DNA of 62,338 nucleotides, the filler included, from Sphacelaria rigidula (taxonomy: Eukaryota): the NCBI GenBank assembly GCA_964200075.2. It is 11 parts of 11 records of this genome, joined end to end, with 100 filler letters (N's around TTAATTAATTAA, not from the genome) between each part and the next. Parts side by side here need not be neighbours in the genome. Positions count along the whole stretch, not along the records: positions 51,087 to 56,662 come from CAXNAA020026183.1; positions 56,763 to 62,338 come from CAXNAA020026184.1; 9 more parts are not named here. One strand, written 5' to 3'. Below, in pieces: positions 51,457-62,338 of the stretch. Position numbers and translations under genes: made by a program. The first letter of the stretch is position 1. The number at the start of each line of letters is the position of its first letter. Below the pieces are notes generated by a model. That model was not told the origin of the DNA and made no database searches. It saw only the letters and a list, made by a program, of their open reading frames with translations.

Positions 51457-51607
51457 CCACGACTGCGCGGCAGCTCGCGCTGATACTCGAAAAGAAGCTG
51501 AGCGCGCTGCTGTAGCACGACTAGCTCAGAAGGGCCGGCCCATGTCTTTGAGGGAAAAGGCTCTGCAGAGGACAAAAGGGAATGCTGCGCCGGAAAATAC
51601 GGCAAAG
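51457..51607 (+). CDS. Exon of an AN1-type zinc-finger protein (HDCAAARADTRKEAERAAVARLAQKGRPMSLREKALQRTKGNAAPENTAK)
   Basis: Pyrimidine tract + ccag|, AAG|GTGCGT donor; starts with HxC, the last ligands of an AN1 finger; phase fits the next exon. Confidence 0.78.
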
Positions 51608-52230
51608 GTGCGTTGAAGCGGTGTACTGTCGCTGCACTTCAGTTTCTGGCGGGTGATTCGGCAGATGAGCAAAACGCAGTTGGCGATGAACGACTGACTA
51701 TATGGTGACTGCAGCACACGTGTGAACCTTTACGTCGTTTTCTTCACACACATTTGAGGTTCCCGCGTGGTGCCACAATTAAAGCACAGGTTTTGAACTT
51801 TGTCATGGGACTGTTGCGTGTCCTCACGAATTGTGCCAGTCTTGTTGCACTGTCCAAACGGTTGGGTACGATCCCGCTCGGTTCAGTGCGTTTTTTACGC
51901 TTGGAAAACCTGCAGCATTAACAATACCGCACGAGAGATACATGTACTCTACGACCCGTGCATTGCACCAGTCAATCGTGCCCCGTTTTTGGCGGGTGCT
52001 GCTGCAAAAGCCAAAGGCTAAGCAACAGGGTTGTTGTTTTTTCTCCGCTGTTCGGCATAAGCATGGCCTCCCAGCCCACTGCAGTATCATGGAGTGAGTC
52101 AGTTCTCTTCTCTTGTCTGGCGCTGACCGAATCTGCGAGTTCACGCAAAAGCGCACCTGGAGTCCGCATGTTTCTATGGACCACCACCCATGACATGTTT
52201 GCGACACTCGTTTGGCCGCAATCGGTGCAG

Positions 52231-52383
52231 GGAGCTGCGGAGAGACGGCGGAGAGAGTGGGAAGCTCGGGCGGGTAGCCGTGGTGGTACTGGTGGAGGAG
52301 GGGGGGAACGATGTCCGCAATGTGGAGCCCGGTTCGGTGATGTGCAAGCACTTGTGGCTCATGTGGAAGCGTGTCATTCGCAG
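52231..52383 (+). CDS. Exon with C2H2 finger 1 (CPQCGARFGDVQALVAHVEACH)
   Basis: tgcag| acceptor, CAG|GTGCAT donor; CxxC-x12-H-x4-H spacing. Confidence 0.88.
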
Positions 52384-53409
52384 GTGCATGGAAAAAGATA
52401 ACTTTCAATTTACCTTGTACTCTCTGGTGCTGGTTCAATTTATAATCTCTCCGGACAATCTAGTAAGACTATGCCCTGTCAGCTCCCCCCCCCCTCTCTC
52501 TCCCTGTCTCCCTGTCTCGAAAATAGGGCTTCGAAATTGGCCAAAGAAAGAATCCATAACATTTTTTTGAAGTAGTCGAAGTTGAGCTCCGGACTCTTCG
52601 GTACATCTATGTCTTCCTTAAAACCTCGCCTGGCTTGTTTTTTTTGTTTTTTTTTGCTAAGAAACAGGGCGTCACACAAATTAAGTATCGATAAAAGATG
52701 ACCACGTGCTCGATTCACATGCCTGTTTTTTTTTCATGAGTTAAGGTACTAGTTTTGAAGGCCTTGCGAGGTACTTCTGCCAACACCTGATAACCCCGAC
52801 GTCGACATGAGAGCAATGATGGGACTGAAATATGCCTGGCCTTGTTCGAGTGTAGACAAAAGGTGTTCAGAGGGAATCGGCCTCAACCTTCGTGCGTCCC
52901 GTCACGTCACGGACGAGGAATGGTCTCCGCACATTTTGCTGTATCCATCTCCCGGGCATGAAGAAGATTGCTGCCCTAATGGGTGTGAGTGGGGTTGTGG
53001 GTCTTTGACGGAGAATTCAAGGACTTTGGTTGGCGCTGTATGTGCAGTTTGTGCTTCGAGTGCCCCCAAAGTAGTGTGCCTCAATGCCTACATCGTAGCG
53101 TGCTGCACGGCGCTGTTTGAGGGAGAATATGAAGGAGCTTCCTCGTCACGCAGCTATCGCTATGATTACTACGGTTACCACCATAAGTATCAGATTATGA
53201 CTACGTCGAGGAATCACCCCTTCGAATTGGCGCCACCAAGAGATAATCCGTCAGCTTCAATCACCATAACGTCCCGGGCTCGAATTCCGGCTCCCACCAA
53301 AATACGACAAAGAAAGTGAATGTGGGACAAAAAACTCATGAAAATGGTGGAGGATTAGACGAGTGGTGGGCGGCTTCGAAGCAAAGTTCACAGACTCACG
53401 AGAAAGAAC

Positions 53410-54135
53410 AGAGCGCAGGTCGGTGGGTCGGTACCGTTTCCAGCGTGTCTTTGGACAGCTTCCCAGGCCAGCTGTAGACCCGCCAACTTCTTGCCCTCAA
53501 CGGTAGAGGACAAGCCTGATGTGACGGCCCCTCGCATGCTGCTGGCACCGCCCCTCAACGCCTCTGGGTCAATGTTGCCCCCAACCTCCAGAGCATCGCC
53601 GCTGTCGTTCTCCTCGCGGAAGACGTTAAGGCGACCTCTCCCGCTGTTCCGCGTGTCCATTGTTATGTCCGCCCCCCGTTGGCTGTATGGAGGGCTAGGG
53701 GACAAGCCCGATGTGACGACCCCTCGCATGCTGCTGGCACCGCCCCCCAACGCCTCTGGGTCAGTCTCGCCCCCAACCTCCGGACCATTGCCGCTGTCAT
53801 CCTCCTCGCGGAAGACGTGGAAGCGACCCCCCCACGCTGTTCCCCGTGTCCACTACTGTGTCCGCTCCAGACTGGTTGTCTTGACACGGCAATGGACACG
53901 GGGAACAGCGTGGGGGGGTCGATTCCACGTCTTCCGCGAGGAGGATGACAGTGGCAATGGCCCGGATGTTGGGGGCGAGATTGACCCAGAGGCGTTGAGG
54001 AGCGGTGCTAGCAGCATGCGAGGGGTCGTCAAATCAGGCTTGTCCTCTAATGTTGACCACAAGATGTTGGCGAGTCTACAAGCTGTCGAAAGACACGCTG
54101 GAAACGCTACCGGCTTTCCGACCTGGGCACACCTT
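53410..54135. repeat. Intronic triplicated unit: two direct copies (~53410-53670, ~53696-53862) plus an inverted copy (53883-54135) forming a long hairpin
   Basis: 53696-53862 pairs with 53883-54049 across a 20-nt loop; the inverted copy also pairs over a longer stretch with the first copy. Confidence 0.92.
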
Positions 54136-54164
54136 TTCACGTCTTACCGCTACTTAATTGCTAC

Positions 54165-54240
54165 TATATTACTATTATTGCTAGTATTGCTGGTATTGCT
54201 AGTATTGCTAGTATTGCTAGTATTGCTCTTATTACTACTT
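54165..54240 (+). repeat. (TATTGCTAG)n / AT-rich low-complexity tract
   Basis: Seen directly. Confidence 0.85.
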
Positions 54241-54492
54241 TTACTCCGATCACTATGATTTATTATGGTCATTACTGTCATTATCGCTATTATGTTACTA
54301 TTACTAGTGTTATTTTTGCTATTATAATTACTTCTGTTGTTGTGTTATTATTGTAATTACCAAAGTAATTTATTTTATTGTTACTGTCATTTATGTATCT
54401 ATTTATTCATTCATTTATTTTTCAATCGTCATCATATAGTTGGCATGGTGTTCGTTATTTGTCTCTCACGTTTATACCGCATAAACTTGCAG

Positions 54493-54711
54493 GAACGAGC
54501 ACATACGCACGCACAGTCCGGCGGGGCAGCACGCGCAGGTCCCGCCGGGCAGGGCGGCGGAGAGACGTGCCCCATTTGTTCTATTTGGGTTGCAGACGCT
54601 GCCCTGCTGGTATCACATGTCCAAGTCGAACACCCTGAGTATTCAAGGGCTGCAGGGGGAGGGATGTCCGGTATGATATCAGACGGAGCCAAATCTTGCT
54701 GTATATCTTGA
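54493..54711 (+). CDS. Terminal exon with C2H2 finger 2 (CPICSIWVADAALLVSHVQVEH) and C-terminal CCIS* (CaaX-like)
   Basis: ttgcag| acceptor (in-frame alternative at 54517), TGA stop. Confidence 0.85.
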   Translation, partial: ERAHTHAQSGGAARAGPAGQGGGETCPICSIWVADAALLVSHVQVEHPEYSRAAGGGMSGMISDGAKSCCIS

Positions 54712-57694
54712 GGCTACCAATGTGCTCGATCAAGCGGCGAACAGTTAGCGCTGCTCTGGGTGGTGGTGGTCGGGATTGATTGAAGGCACGTCGAAGCCCA
54801 GGAGTTTTGTCATGTTTACCCTTTTTGTCCTCGGAGATGTCGACGTGTTTTCTTGTTTTTTCCCGAGGCACATACTATTGAGTTGACTGCGGATGCTGTG
54901 GCAATTCATTCACGCAGATTATGTTGATGCGATGAAGTTGGTAAGACAGAAGTGTGAGCAGAGAATGGGGATTCTCTGCGGTATATGACGTTACCGGGTG
55001 GTTGTGAGAGTGGACTAGATGGTTTGCGGTGTTCCCTGCCTTTTCGAGTGCGCTTGGCGCAGTAGATTGAATCGTGTTGGTAAATGTGTGTTGGTTCACT
55101 GTGGTGCGGCCGCGACTGGCTGGTTGTAACGGAGTTTTCGCGAGGTCTAGTGTCTAGCATCTGATTGGGAGAGAGATTCATTATTTGCTCCAACTTGGCC
55201 AAAATTTCATTTCGTCTGTGCGTGTGTTGTTTGCCTGTAACAATGTCGTGTGCTTTCAGCTACACGTCGATATCCTACGCAGGGAGAGCAGAGGCTTCAG
55301 TGGCAAGCTACCACAAAAAGCGTGTAAGTCCTCGTATAGGGCCTGGAGGGACATTTCGGCAGTGAAACTATTCCCAGCTTTCATGTTTTTTTTTTTCTTC
55401 TGGAAATCTGGAGTTGTAGGATTCTGCTGATTGATGAGGCCTATGCAACAGTAAAACTATACATTGGATCCATCTCACGGCTTGGAGCTTTCATTCGAGC
55501 TACCCCTCGACTTGCTCGCCGAAGTATTCCCCGAGGAACACCAGCCGATAGATGGATGAGAACTTCCTGTTGTTTGGCTTCTCACTCTAAATCAATTGTT
55601 GAGACATCTCAGTCTGGCGAAAAGGTTGTGTGGTAAGTGTGGGCCACTGTAGAGACTTCACGCGTCGGACAGATGCGTGAGATCAATGATCGAAGGGGAC
55701 CCTTAGATGTGTTGTCGAAAAACACAAGAGACGTCGCGAGGGTATCCGAGACGGCAAGGTGCTACCTTTACGCTACTCTACTTGCTCGGCGTCCAGCGCT
55801 GTAGGGAGACAACATGATGAAAAAAAAGCCAAATACGCTGGCTCATGATCCGGATCAGAATACAAATAAGAAGTAGTATTTAGGCAGCTCATGAGCTGTC
55901 CGACGTGTAAAAGATTTTGTAGTGTTCGTTGCTTCGTCAAATGTGCTTGGCGAAGTGGATTGCCTCGTGTTAGTATATTAGGTGACTCTTCGTACGTTGC
56001 TTGCAACGGCAACAGTTGAGGCTAGGAATTCTGTGACCACGATACCCGGGCCCACGTGAAAGTATACACATACAGTATGACGATATCTCCCAGTACCATT
56101 CGAGTTCTCCTTGAGACGACGAGGTATTCGTGCCGTTTTTGAACAAAGTTAAGGGTGCCCTCATTCGCGTACGTCTAACCCCGATGCTGGTGTGTTGTAG
56201 CAGTGATACGACACATGCAGCTGAGCGTATTCAGCCCTCCTTTGATTGTCCGCAGTATCCTGTTCCGAGGTCAGGTCTGTCAGGTCTGTCGCAAATCCCG
56301 CGAGCTTTTGGAATTTTTTGTAGGCCTAGATTGGCGCTAAATTGACGTGGGTGCTCAGCAGGAGCAATAACGTAAGTCTAGAAGTCAACGCTCAAGTCGA
56401 GAAGAGTGCAGCAACCTTAGCCTTTGCCATGACTAAGGGAGAGGGTGACAGCTTTTCTAGTGCCCATCGACAAGAAATATTAACGTAACCCCTCAAAGTG
56501 TCCAAAGTCCATATAGGGTGAGGGTGTGAGGGGGGGGGGTACTCATTTGTTGCCTGTCTTGGTCGTGTGACCATTGACCACGCATTCCTTTCGAGACGGA
56601 GCATCGTTCCTACTCCTAAAAGAGACACCTCCAACATTCTGGCGCTCATTACGTTTTTTCCANNNNNNNNNNNNNNNNNNNNNNNNNNNNNNNNNNNNNN
56701 NNNNNNTTAATTAATTAANNNNNNNNNNNNNNNNNNNNNNNNNNNNNNNNNNNNNNNNNNNNTCGAAAGGGATGCGTGGTCAATGGTCAAATGACTAAGG
56801 CAAGCAACAAATGAGTCCGCCCCCCCCCCCCCGGTCGTATGACTATGGCATGCATGATCATGCGTACACCCTCCCCTCCCCGTGAGCATTGCCGTCTATT
56901 CTCTGGGGGTCCCTTCTAGTATTATGGCCGGCGATGACATCCAGTAGCTGAGATGAGGAAGGGAAGAGAGGGGTAAGATGCCTAAATAGGATGCTATGCA
57001 AGCTGTAGCTGACTTGCTCGGAAAAATAAAAGCCACCACTAGATTTCACAAACTAGCTTCACCTGTCTGGAAGACGGGACGTCGGCTCAACGGTCACAGC
57101 AGCTATGGTGGTGGCAGTACATTTGTATAGCATTACTTTTTGTGCCCCCCTTTTTTTTTATTCGACACTTGTTGCAGCACGAGATGGCGATGTTGGGTGG
57201 CTCCTTCGCGCCCCTTGCGGGTGTAGAATCCGCGCATGCGTGCGTGTGTGTTGGTGTGAAGTGTGAAGTGTTCAAGTGTTGGTACTAGTGCCAAAGTTGG
57301 GTTGCATAGCAACATCCACAGTACACAGTGGCGTTCGAAGAATTCTTTCAAACATCCTGACGGTTGACCAACACTTGGAACCATCGGATACCAACAACGT
57401 GCCGGAGGAGTCCAGAGCCATTGCACCACAGTCCACGCCAGATCAACTGACATGAATGATCTCCCCCCGTCTGCCCGATGGCCGTCGCTTGCTGCTCTCT
57501 GTTTTTGCTTCCGCAATGTGCTCCGCTTTTATTCCGCGGTTGTTGCCCTCTCTGCGTGCTTCCTTCTGTCATTTTGATCTATTGGGTGCGTGACTGCTGA
57601 TTTCTGGGTGGTGATCTGATGTCGGTGCTCTGGCGGTGCTTTGCTAAAATTGCCGGCGTTCCCTCGCGGGGTGGGGGTGTGGAATGGATGTCAG

Positions 57695-57802
57695 CGGATG
57701 GTGATCGGTCTGGTCGGAACAGTATTCATTCTACTTGTAGAGCTTATGGTTTTCGTTACTCGTTCGCTCAAGGCTGACGAGGTGTTGGAAGCTGCTAGGC
57801 AG
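57695..57802 (+). CDS. Exon of a Vma12/TMEM199-like V-ATPase assembly factor (RMVIGLVGTVFILLVELMVFVTRSLKADEVLEAARQ)
   Basis: tcag| acceptor, CAG|GTGAGA donor. A hydrophobic helix with G-L...E...F..R resembles Vma12 TM2; the exon is fairly solid, the family call tentative. Confidence 0.6.
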
Positions 57803-59034
57803 GTGAGAGATGGGACAGAGGAATGAGGGAAGGAGCGGAGTTGCAAAAGTCAATACTCGCGACGGAAAAAGAGGATTTTCTCGCAGAATGCTGTGGTTTA
57901 CAACCCCAGCAAGGCAAGACGCTTATTGTATTCGATTGAATGATAAATTGATTGACTGTTGCACTTTAGGTGACAGGGGGTGTGATTAATCGTTTTTGTT
58001 CCAAATACACATTTCTTTTCGACCCGCAAAAAAAAAATGAGCGTCCGTGAAATCATTCATGAGTGTGATCGGAGTTAGGTCACCCCTGCCTGTGCTATGC
58101 AAAGCTCGGTTGGGCATTCTCGTTCCTGTTTTTTTTTCTTCTGAATTTCATCGTGCAGCATCCGTCTTTGGCGCTTAGAAGTCATAGCGTCGTCGATAGA
58201 TTTCGGGAAGAGAAGCATCTCGTGCTTAGAACACAGTCCTCAACTGGCGTCGTCGGAGTGATACGGAGTAAGTATGTTGTTCGTTATGGCGTGCTATCGG
58301 CCGTCACTGAAAAAAACGCAATTTTTCGGCTCCAGCGCAAGAAAAAGATGAAAATTGAACAAAAGAAAGCGATCATTCTTTATGTACGCCAAATCGATTG
58401 GGATTGCTTCAATCGAGCAAAAATACTCGAGGTCAACACCTGGGGCTGGGCTGCCTCAGGACCCCCCGAAAACAGGTCAGCCTGCAAGCCGTTCAATAAT
58501 GAGTACAGATGTGATCTATTTTCGGAATGTGGAGACGATGCCTACAATAGTATATCTAGATCCCTAAACTTTGGGATTAAACGTTTACCTGGATGCTTGG
58601 TACACGGCACTACGGTACGGAATGCGAGTACCGACACGAGCAGACCAACACATTAAGGAAAATTGTTGAGCCAGTTTCGCTTTCACACACTGCAAGTGTT
58701 TTCGGAGGTCAGCGTAATCATCAGCTCACTGATGTTACGAAGGCGTCCCTTGCGGCGGCAACAGGACTCGGACGTGTTTTACGTGGGGGAATACTGATGG
58801 GAGGCTTGTTTCAAACGTTTTTTCACCGCTCCCCCACAAGCAGCAGCATAAGCAGCAGCAGCAGCAGGGGGATAGATTCATTCTGCAATATGAGGGAAAC
58901 ATCGGTTGGGAGTCTGTTTCGAACGTCATTTCTTTCCATTTACACCGCTGAATGAAATTGAGAAATGCGAAGAACCAAAGCTGCCGGCCGCTCAATCATG
59001 CATTCCTGATCCCCTCTATTGTTGGCCCGCTCAG

Positions 59035-59274
59035 GAAGCGGAGGACTTACGTACGTCGGTAGGCGTTCCTCGCGCCATGTCGGCGCCGCCGCCGCCACGT
59101 CAGGGGGGGCGGGGGGTTCTGGATCCGGGGCGGGGAGGTCGGGAAGCGGACAAAGCTCGAGGGGAGTACGAGATGATACCGCAGTCTGTAGGAGCCGATG
59201 GCGTTGGCGGTGACAGCCCAATGGCAGGGTCAAGCGGTGACGGCATCAAGAACGGGGTCAATAGTACGCGATGA
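59035..59274 (+). CDS. Terminal exon of the same gene (low-complexity Gly/Pro tail ending NGVNSTR*)
   Basis: ctgat branch-like motif, gctcag| acceptor, phase 0, 80 codons to TGA. Confidence 0.65.
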   Translation, partial: EAEDLRTSVGVPRAMSAPPPPRQGGRGVLDPGRGGREADKARGEYEMIPQSVGADGVGGDSPMAGSSGDGIKNGVNSTR

Positions 59275-60644
59275 GAAGGACGGGGGTGGATAGTTTGAAT
59301 GCACTGTAATTTTTCCCGAGAGTTTGTTTTATAATCAAGATTTTTGTCGAATAGTGCAGTGTATGCAAGGAATTGATCATGGCTAGTTCGTTGGGGAGGG
59401 GGTATTTATTATAGATTGCTCTGCTTTGCATCGCGCTTCCAGTTTGTTTTGTTCCTTTTCCTTTGTTAGGCTACTTCTTTTGTATCGAAATATACAACTT
59501 GTTAAAAAGTGCTTTTTTTACCCTTCTCCGTCGTTTTTGCCCCGAAGAAAGGGCTCAGCGGATGTTGGCACCTTGGAATGACATGCGCTACTCGCTGAGA
59601 CCGTTCCAGAGCACCTTTGCGTTTTCCGTATATGTCACAGTCTCGTTCTTGGCCAAAAATTGGGATAGTACAGCCTGTACTCGGACATGCAGTAGTACAA
59701 GGTTACAAGTATACCCGTCCCGCTGAGCATGTCCTCTATGCGTTGAGCTGTGTTCATGTGAACTATGTGCGTGCTGTTCACCTGCCCTGTCCGAGTACAG
59801 GCTGTACTTTGCAAGAACAGAGAGTACAGTATTGACGGTGTTTGCGAAGACCAAATTCGGGTCAGGACTTGGGCTTTGTAATTCCCCCGAAGTCCCAAGT
59901 CAGTCCAAAGTCCGATGGTTGCGTTCGCTCGGTTTGGACATTCAACAGGAGATGCTTTTGGCCAACATGCGTGAGGTATAACGTGTTAACCGTCCTCCCG
60001 ACAACACACACCACACCAACCACCTCGCTGCTCGCGCAAACACCAGAGCACACGCCCAGAACATGGCGAATCAACGGGGGTGATGGTGTGGTTGTGGTGT
60101 TCTTTTGAGGTCAGCACAGCAACATATGCACAGGGAAATAGTACTTTGAGCACAACTTGACACAGACAGCGGCTGACGTGACTTGTATCCGGTTTGCACA
60201 GAAGTTGTTGCAGACCAAGAGAATCATTTTGATCACGAATCATGAATCACATGGGCACAAACTACGTACTTCTTACTCGTGGCCTGTCTTTGCCGCTTGC
60301 CTGATCCCTCTGGTGTTGCCAACATAGCTTCACACTATGGTGTTGCTGGGGAACACCAAGCAGAGACACCAGTAGCGTGCAGTAGACTGTGTTCAGTGTA
60401 GAACGATGCACGCTCACTGTTTCTTGCTGCTGAGTCCAGCGAGGATATATAACTGATACTGACTCTATCCGCACTCGAGTGCGGGTGGATGCAAAGTCGA
60501 GGCGTTCTCCTTTAGTATTTTCTCTATATTCGTGGAGCATCCAGGTAAACTCTAGGTAACAGACAGTAGTAGGTTGTATTGCAAAGTGTATCATCCGTGT
60601 TCAGTCCCAAACCAAGTATCATTCCTCCACAAGGCGATGAATAA

Positions 60645-61679
60645 TTTGGTGCCACCCCCACTCTGTGCGTACCGGAACACCGCATGCAGCACTACAACTG
60701 TTCAGGCACTCTCGAGCGCCCATCGCACTGTGATTGTCTTAGAAGTGTTTAGATGCACAAAAACACAGCGACAACTACAGCATATAAATGGTGGGTGCGG
60801 GAAGTGCCTTGTTCGTTTGACTCGAGGCGAAATAGCCAGCACACCATGAAGGTGTCAACAGGAACAGAGTCTAGAGGGCACTACGTGTTGACAGCATGAT
60901 TTTTCGAGGAGACGAACGCCACGAGAGTAACAAAACAACTCACGCAGTCAGCCCTAGCGGAGACCAAACCGTCTCCGGGAAGGCCAGGAGACACCACAGC
61001 GCAGCTACAGCACGAGAGACAGCGCATGGGTGTGTTTGTGCTGCAGCACAGTGATGTAGAACATGTCCCATGCGATAGTTCTTCCCCTGATTTCGGATGA
61101 GCTCGATTTTGGCCGAATGGCGGTTTACAAACGCTGGGCCATAATTGCGCTTTTCACGCGAAGCGCGATCATGGCCCAGCGTTCAAAAATTGGCACTCGG
61201 CAAAAAATGAGGACCCGTCTGATATGGAGGGAAGAACTATTACTTGGGACATCAAGGCAGACAGCTCCTGCCATCAAACGCTTGTTGAAGAGCAGCTCCG
61301 TGCTCGCTCAGTTTGTCAGTGTTTTTCGCCCCAACGTGCACGCGTCCGCCTCGCGTGTCTTCTCCGTTCCCAGCACCCGACTATAGCTGAAGTACGGACG
61401 GAGACGCAACAGACAGCTGCACAGTCAAGCTGCACAGTCGTCACGTGATAGTTTCTTCGTTTCACCCTTGTGTACAGACAGTCGCTAGTGTACAGCACTT
61501 TGATCCCACCCCACTTCTGTGCTTACTGGAACACCGCATGCAGCACTACAACTAACTGTTGAGGCACTCTCAAGCGCACATCATACCATGTTCGTCGTAG
61601 AGTGTTCAAATGCACAACACCACAGCGACAACTACAGCATGGAAATGATGAGTGTGGGAATCGCCTTGTTCGTTTCACT
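60645..61679 (+). repeat. ~180-bp diverged direct repeats (60645-60822 and 61499-61679)
   Basis: Shared ggaacaccgcatgcagcactacaact, cacagcgacaactacagcat and gccttgttcgttt. Confidence 0.9.
61063..61252. mobile_element. 190-bp quasi-palindromic MITE-like element
   Basis: Ends atgtccca..atagttcttccc / gggaagaactat..tgggacat; inner aacgctgggccat / atggcccagcgtt. Confidence 0.75.
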
Positions 61680-62338
61680 ACATATTCTGAAAAAAATATT
61701 GATGTGTTGTGTTCCGTGTAGCAGTCTGCACTCCATATAATGGGGTCACGTTTTGGGCAGTTTTTCGGAAAGTTCCTCTCTACTGTGCATGAGCGCGTAT
61801 ACGATTCGATCGCCCACCCGAACACGCAGCTCAGTCGGTGGACCCGGCCACAAAACTAGATGCCCAAGTTTTCGCCAACAAGAAGAAACGCCAAGAGTGT
61901 GGTGGCGTCGGTTCAGGCTCACGTTTTACTGCAGTATGTTGATGTGTTGCGGCCACGACTGCTGCAGTTCGTGTTCTTGTCTTGCTATGCTCGCAATGAC
62001 GGTAAACGTGGGGTGGCACCTCGAGGGCGTGTGCTTCCGTAGTAGTACAGCAGCAGCAGCTGGACACTATGAATTTTGCAACAAGAGAAGCTGATGCATA
62101 CTGTATACAATCCGTGTTCAGGTTCTGAAAAACAGTGCAGAGCTGTGTTGTGTTCACTGTAGAACCATGTACTCCATATATTGGGGTCATGTTTTGGGTG
62201 GTTTTTCGATAAGTTCTGCTTGTTTTTTTTTCAAGTATTCTGCAAAAAACGAGACAGTTTTCTGTCACAGAAATCCAATGCCGGATCTGCAATAAACAGC
62301 CGATCCTAATTTTTGGGGTTGAAACAAAATATGAGGTT

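Noticed and set aside
53491..54258. 255-aa ORF with internal repeats and a poly-Leu tail
   Set aside because: Translation of the intronic fold-back plus a microsatellite; no splice support.
5578..56762. Regularly spaced identical TTAATTAATTAA motif as a biological array
   Set aside because: Always embedded in exactly 44+44 N; it is an assembly linker. ORFs ending in XXX-LIN are artefacts.
12383..59274. JmjC + BTB + FATP + MCM8 + AN1 + Vma12 as a functional gene cluster
   Set aside because: Each is on a different contig, and the contigs appear to be joined only by length sorting.

Overview
Eukaryotic, intron-rich, repeat-dense DNA whose exon style and repeat content suggest a brown alga (Phaeophyceae); this assignment is my inference. 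The window is not one locus. It consists of 11 unrelated contigs of 5576-5577 bp joined by ten identical artificial 100-bp spacers (44 N + TTAATTAATTAA + 44 N), so adjacency across spacers carries no biological meaning. Most ORF-track entries are spurious; the real coding signal lies in short GT-AG exons. Reading splice sites and phases by hand recovered several partial genes: a JmjC/cupin oxygenase ending in HIEL*, a BTB-protein last exon, an FATP/VLC acyl-CoA synthetase exon, an MCM8 C-terminal winged-helix exon, an AN1 + 2xC2H2 zinc-finger protein ending in a CaaX box, a Vma12/TMEM199-like gene end, a large disordered multi-exon protein and two unidentified genes. Mobile DNA includes a decayed RTE-type LINE, RTE 3' fragments, tRNA-derived SINE heads, several MITEs (one with TGT...ACA ends, a 5-bp TSD and telomere-like repeats) and a very abundant ~60-100 bp repeat. 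A long fold-back lies in one intron. I found no evidence for a multi-gene novel system; the best leads are single-locus. All protein identifications are by eye, with no database searches run.
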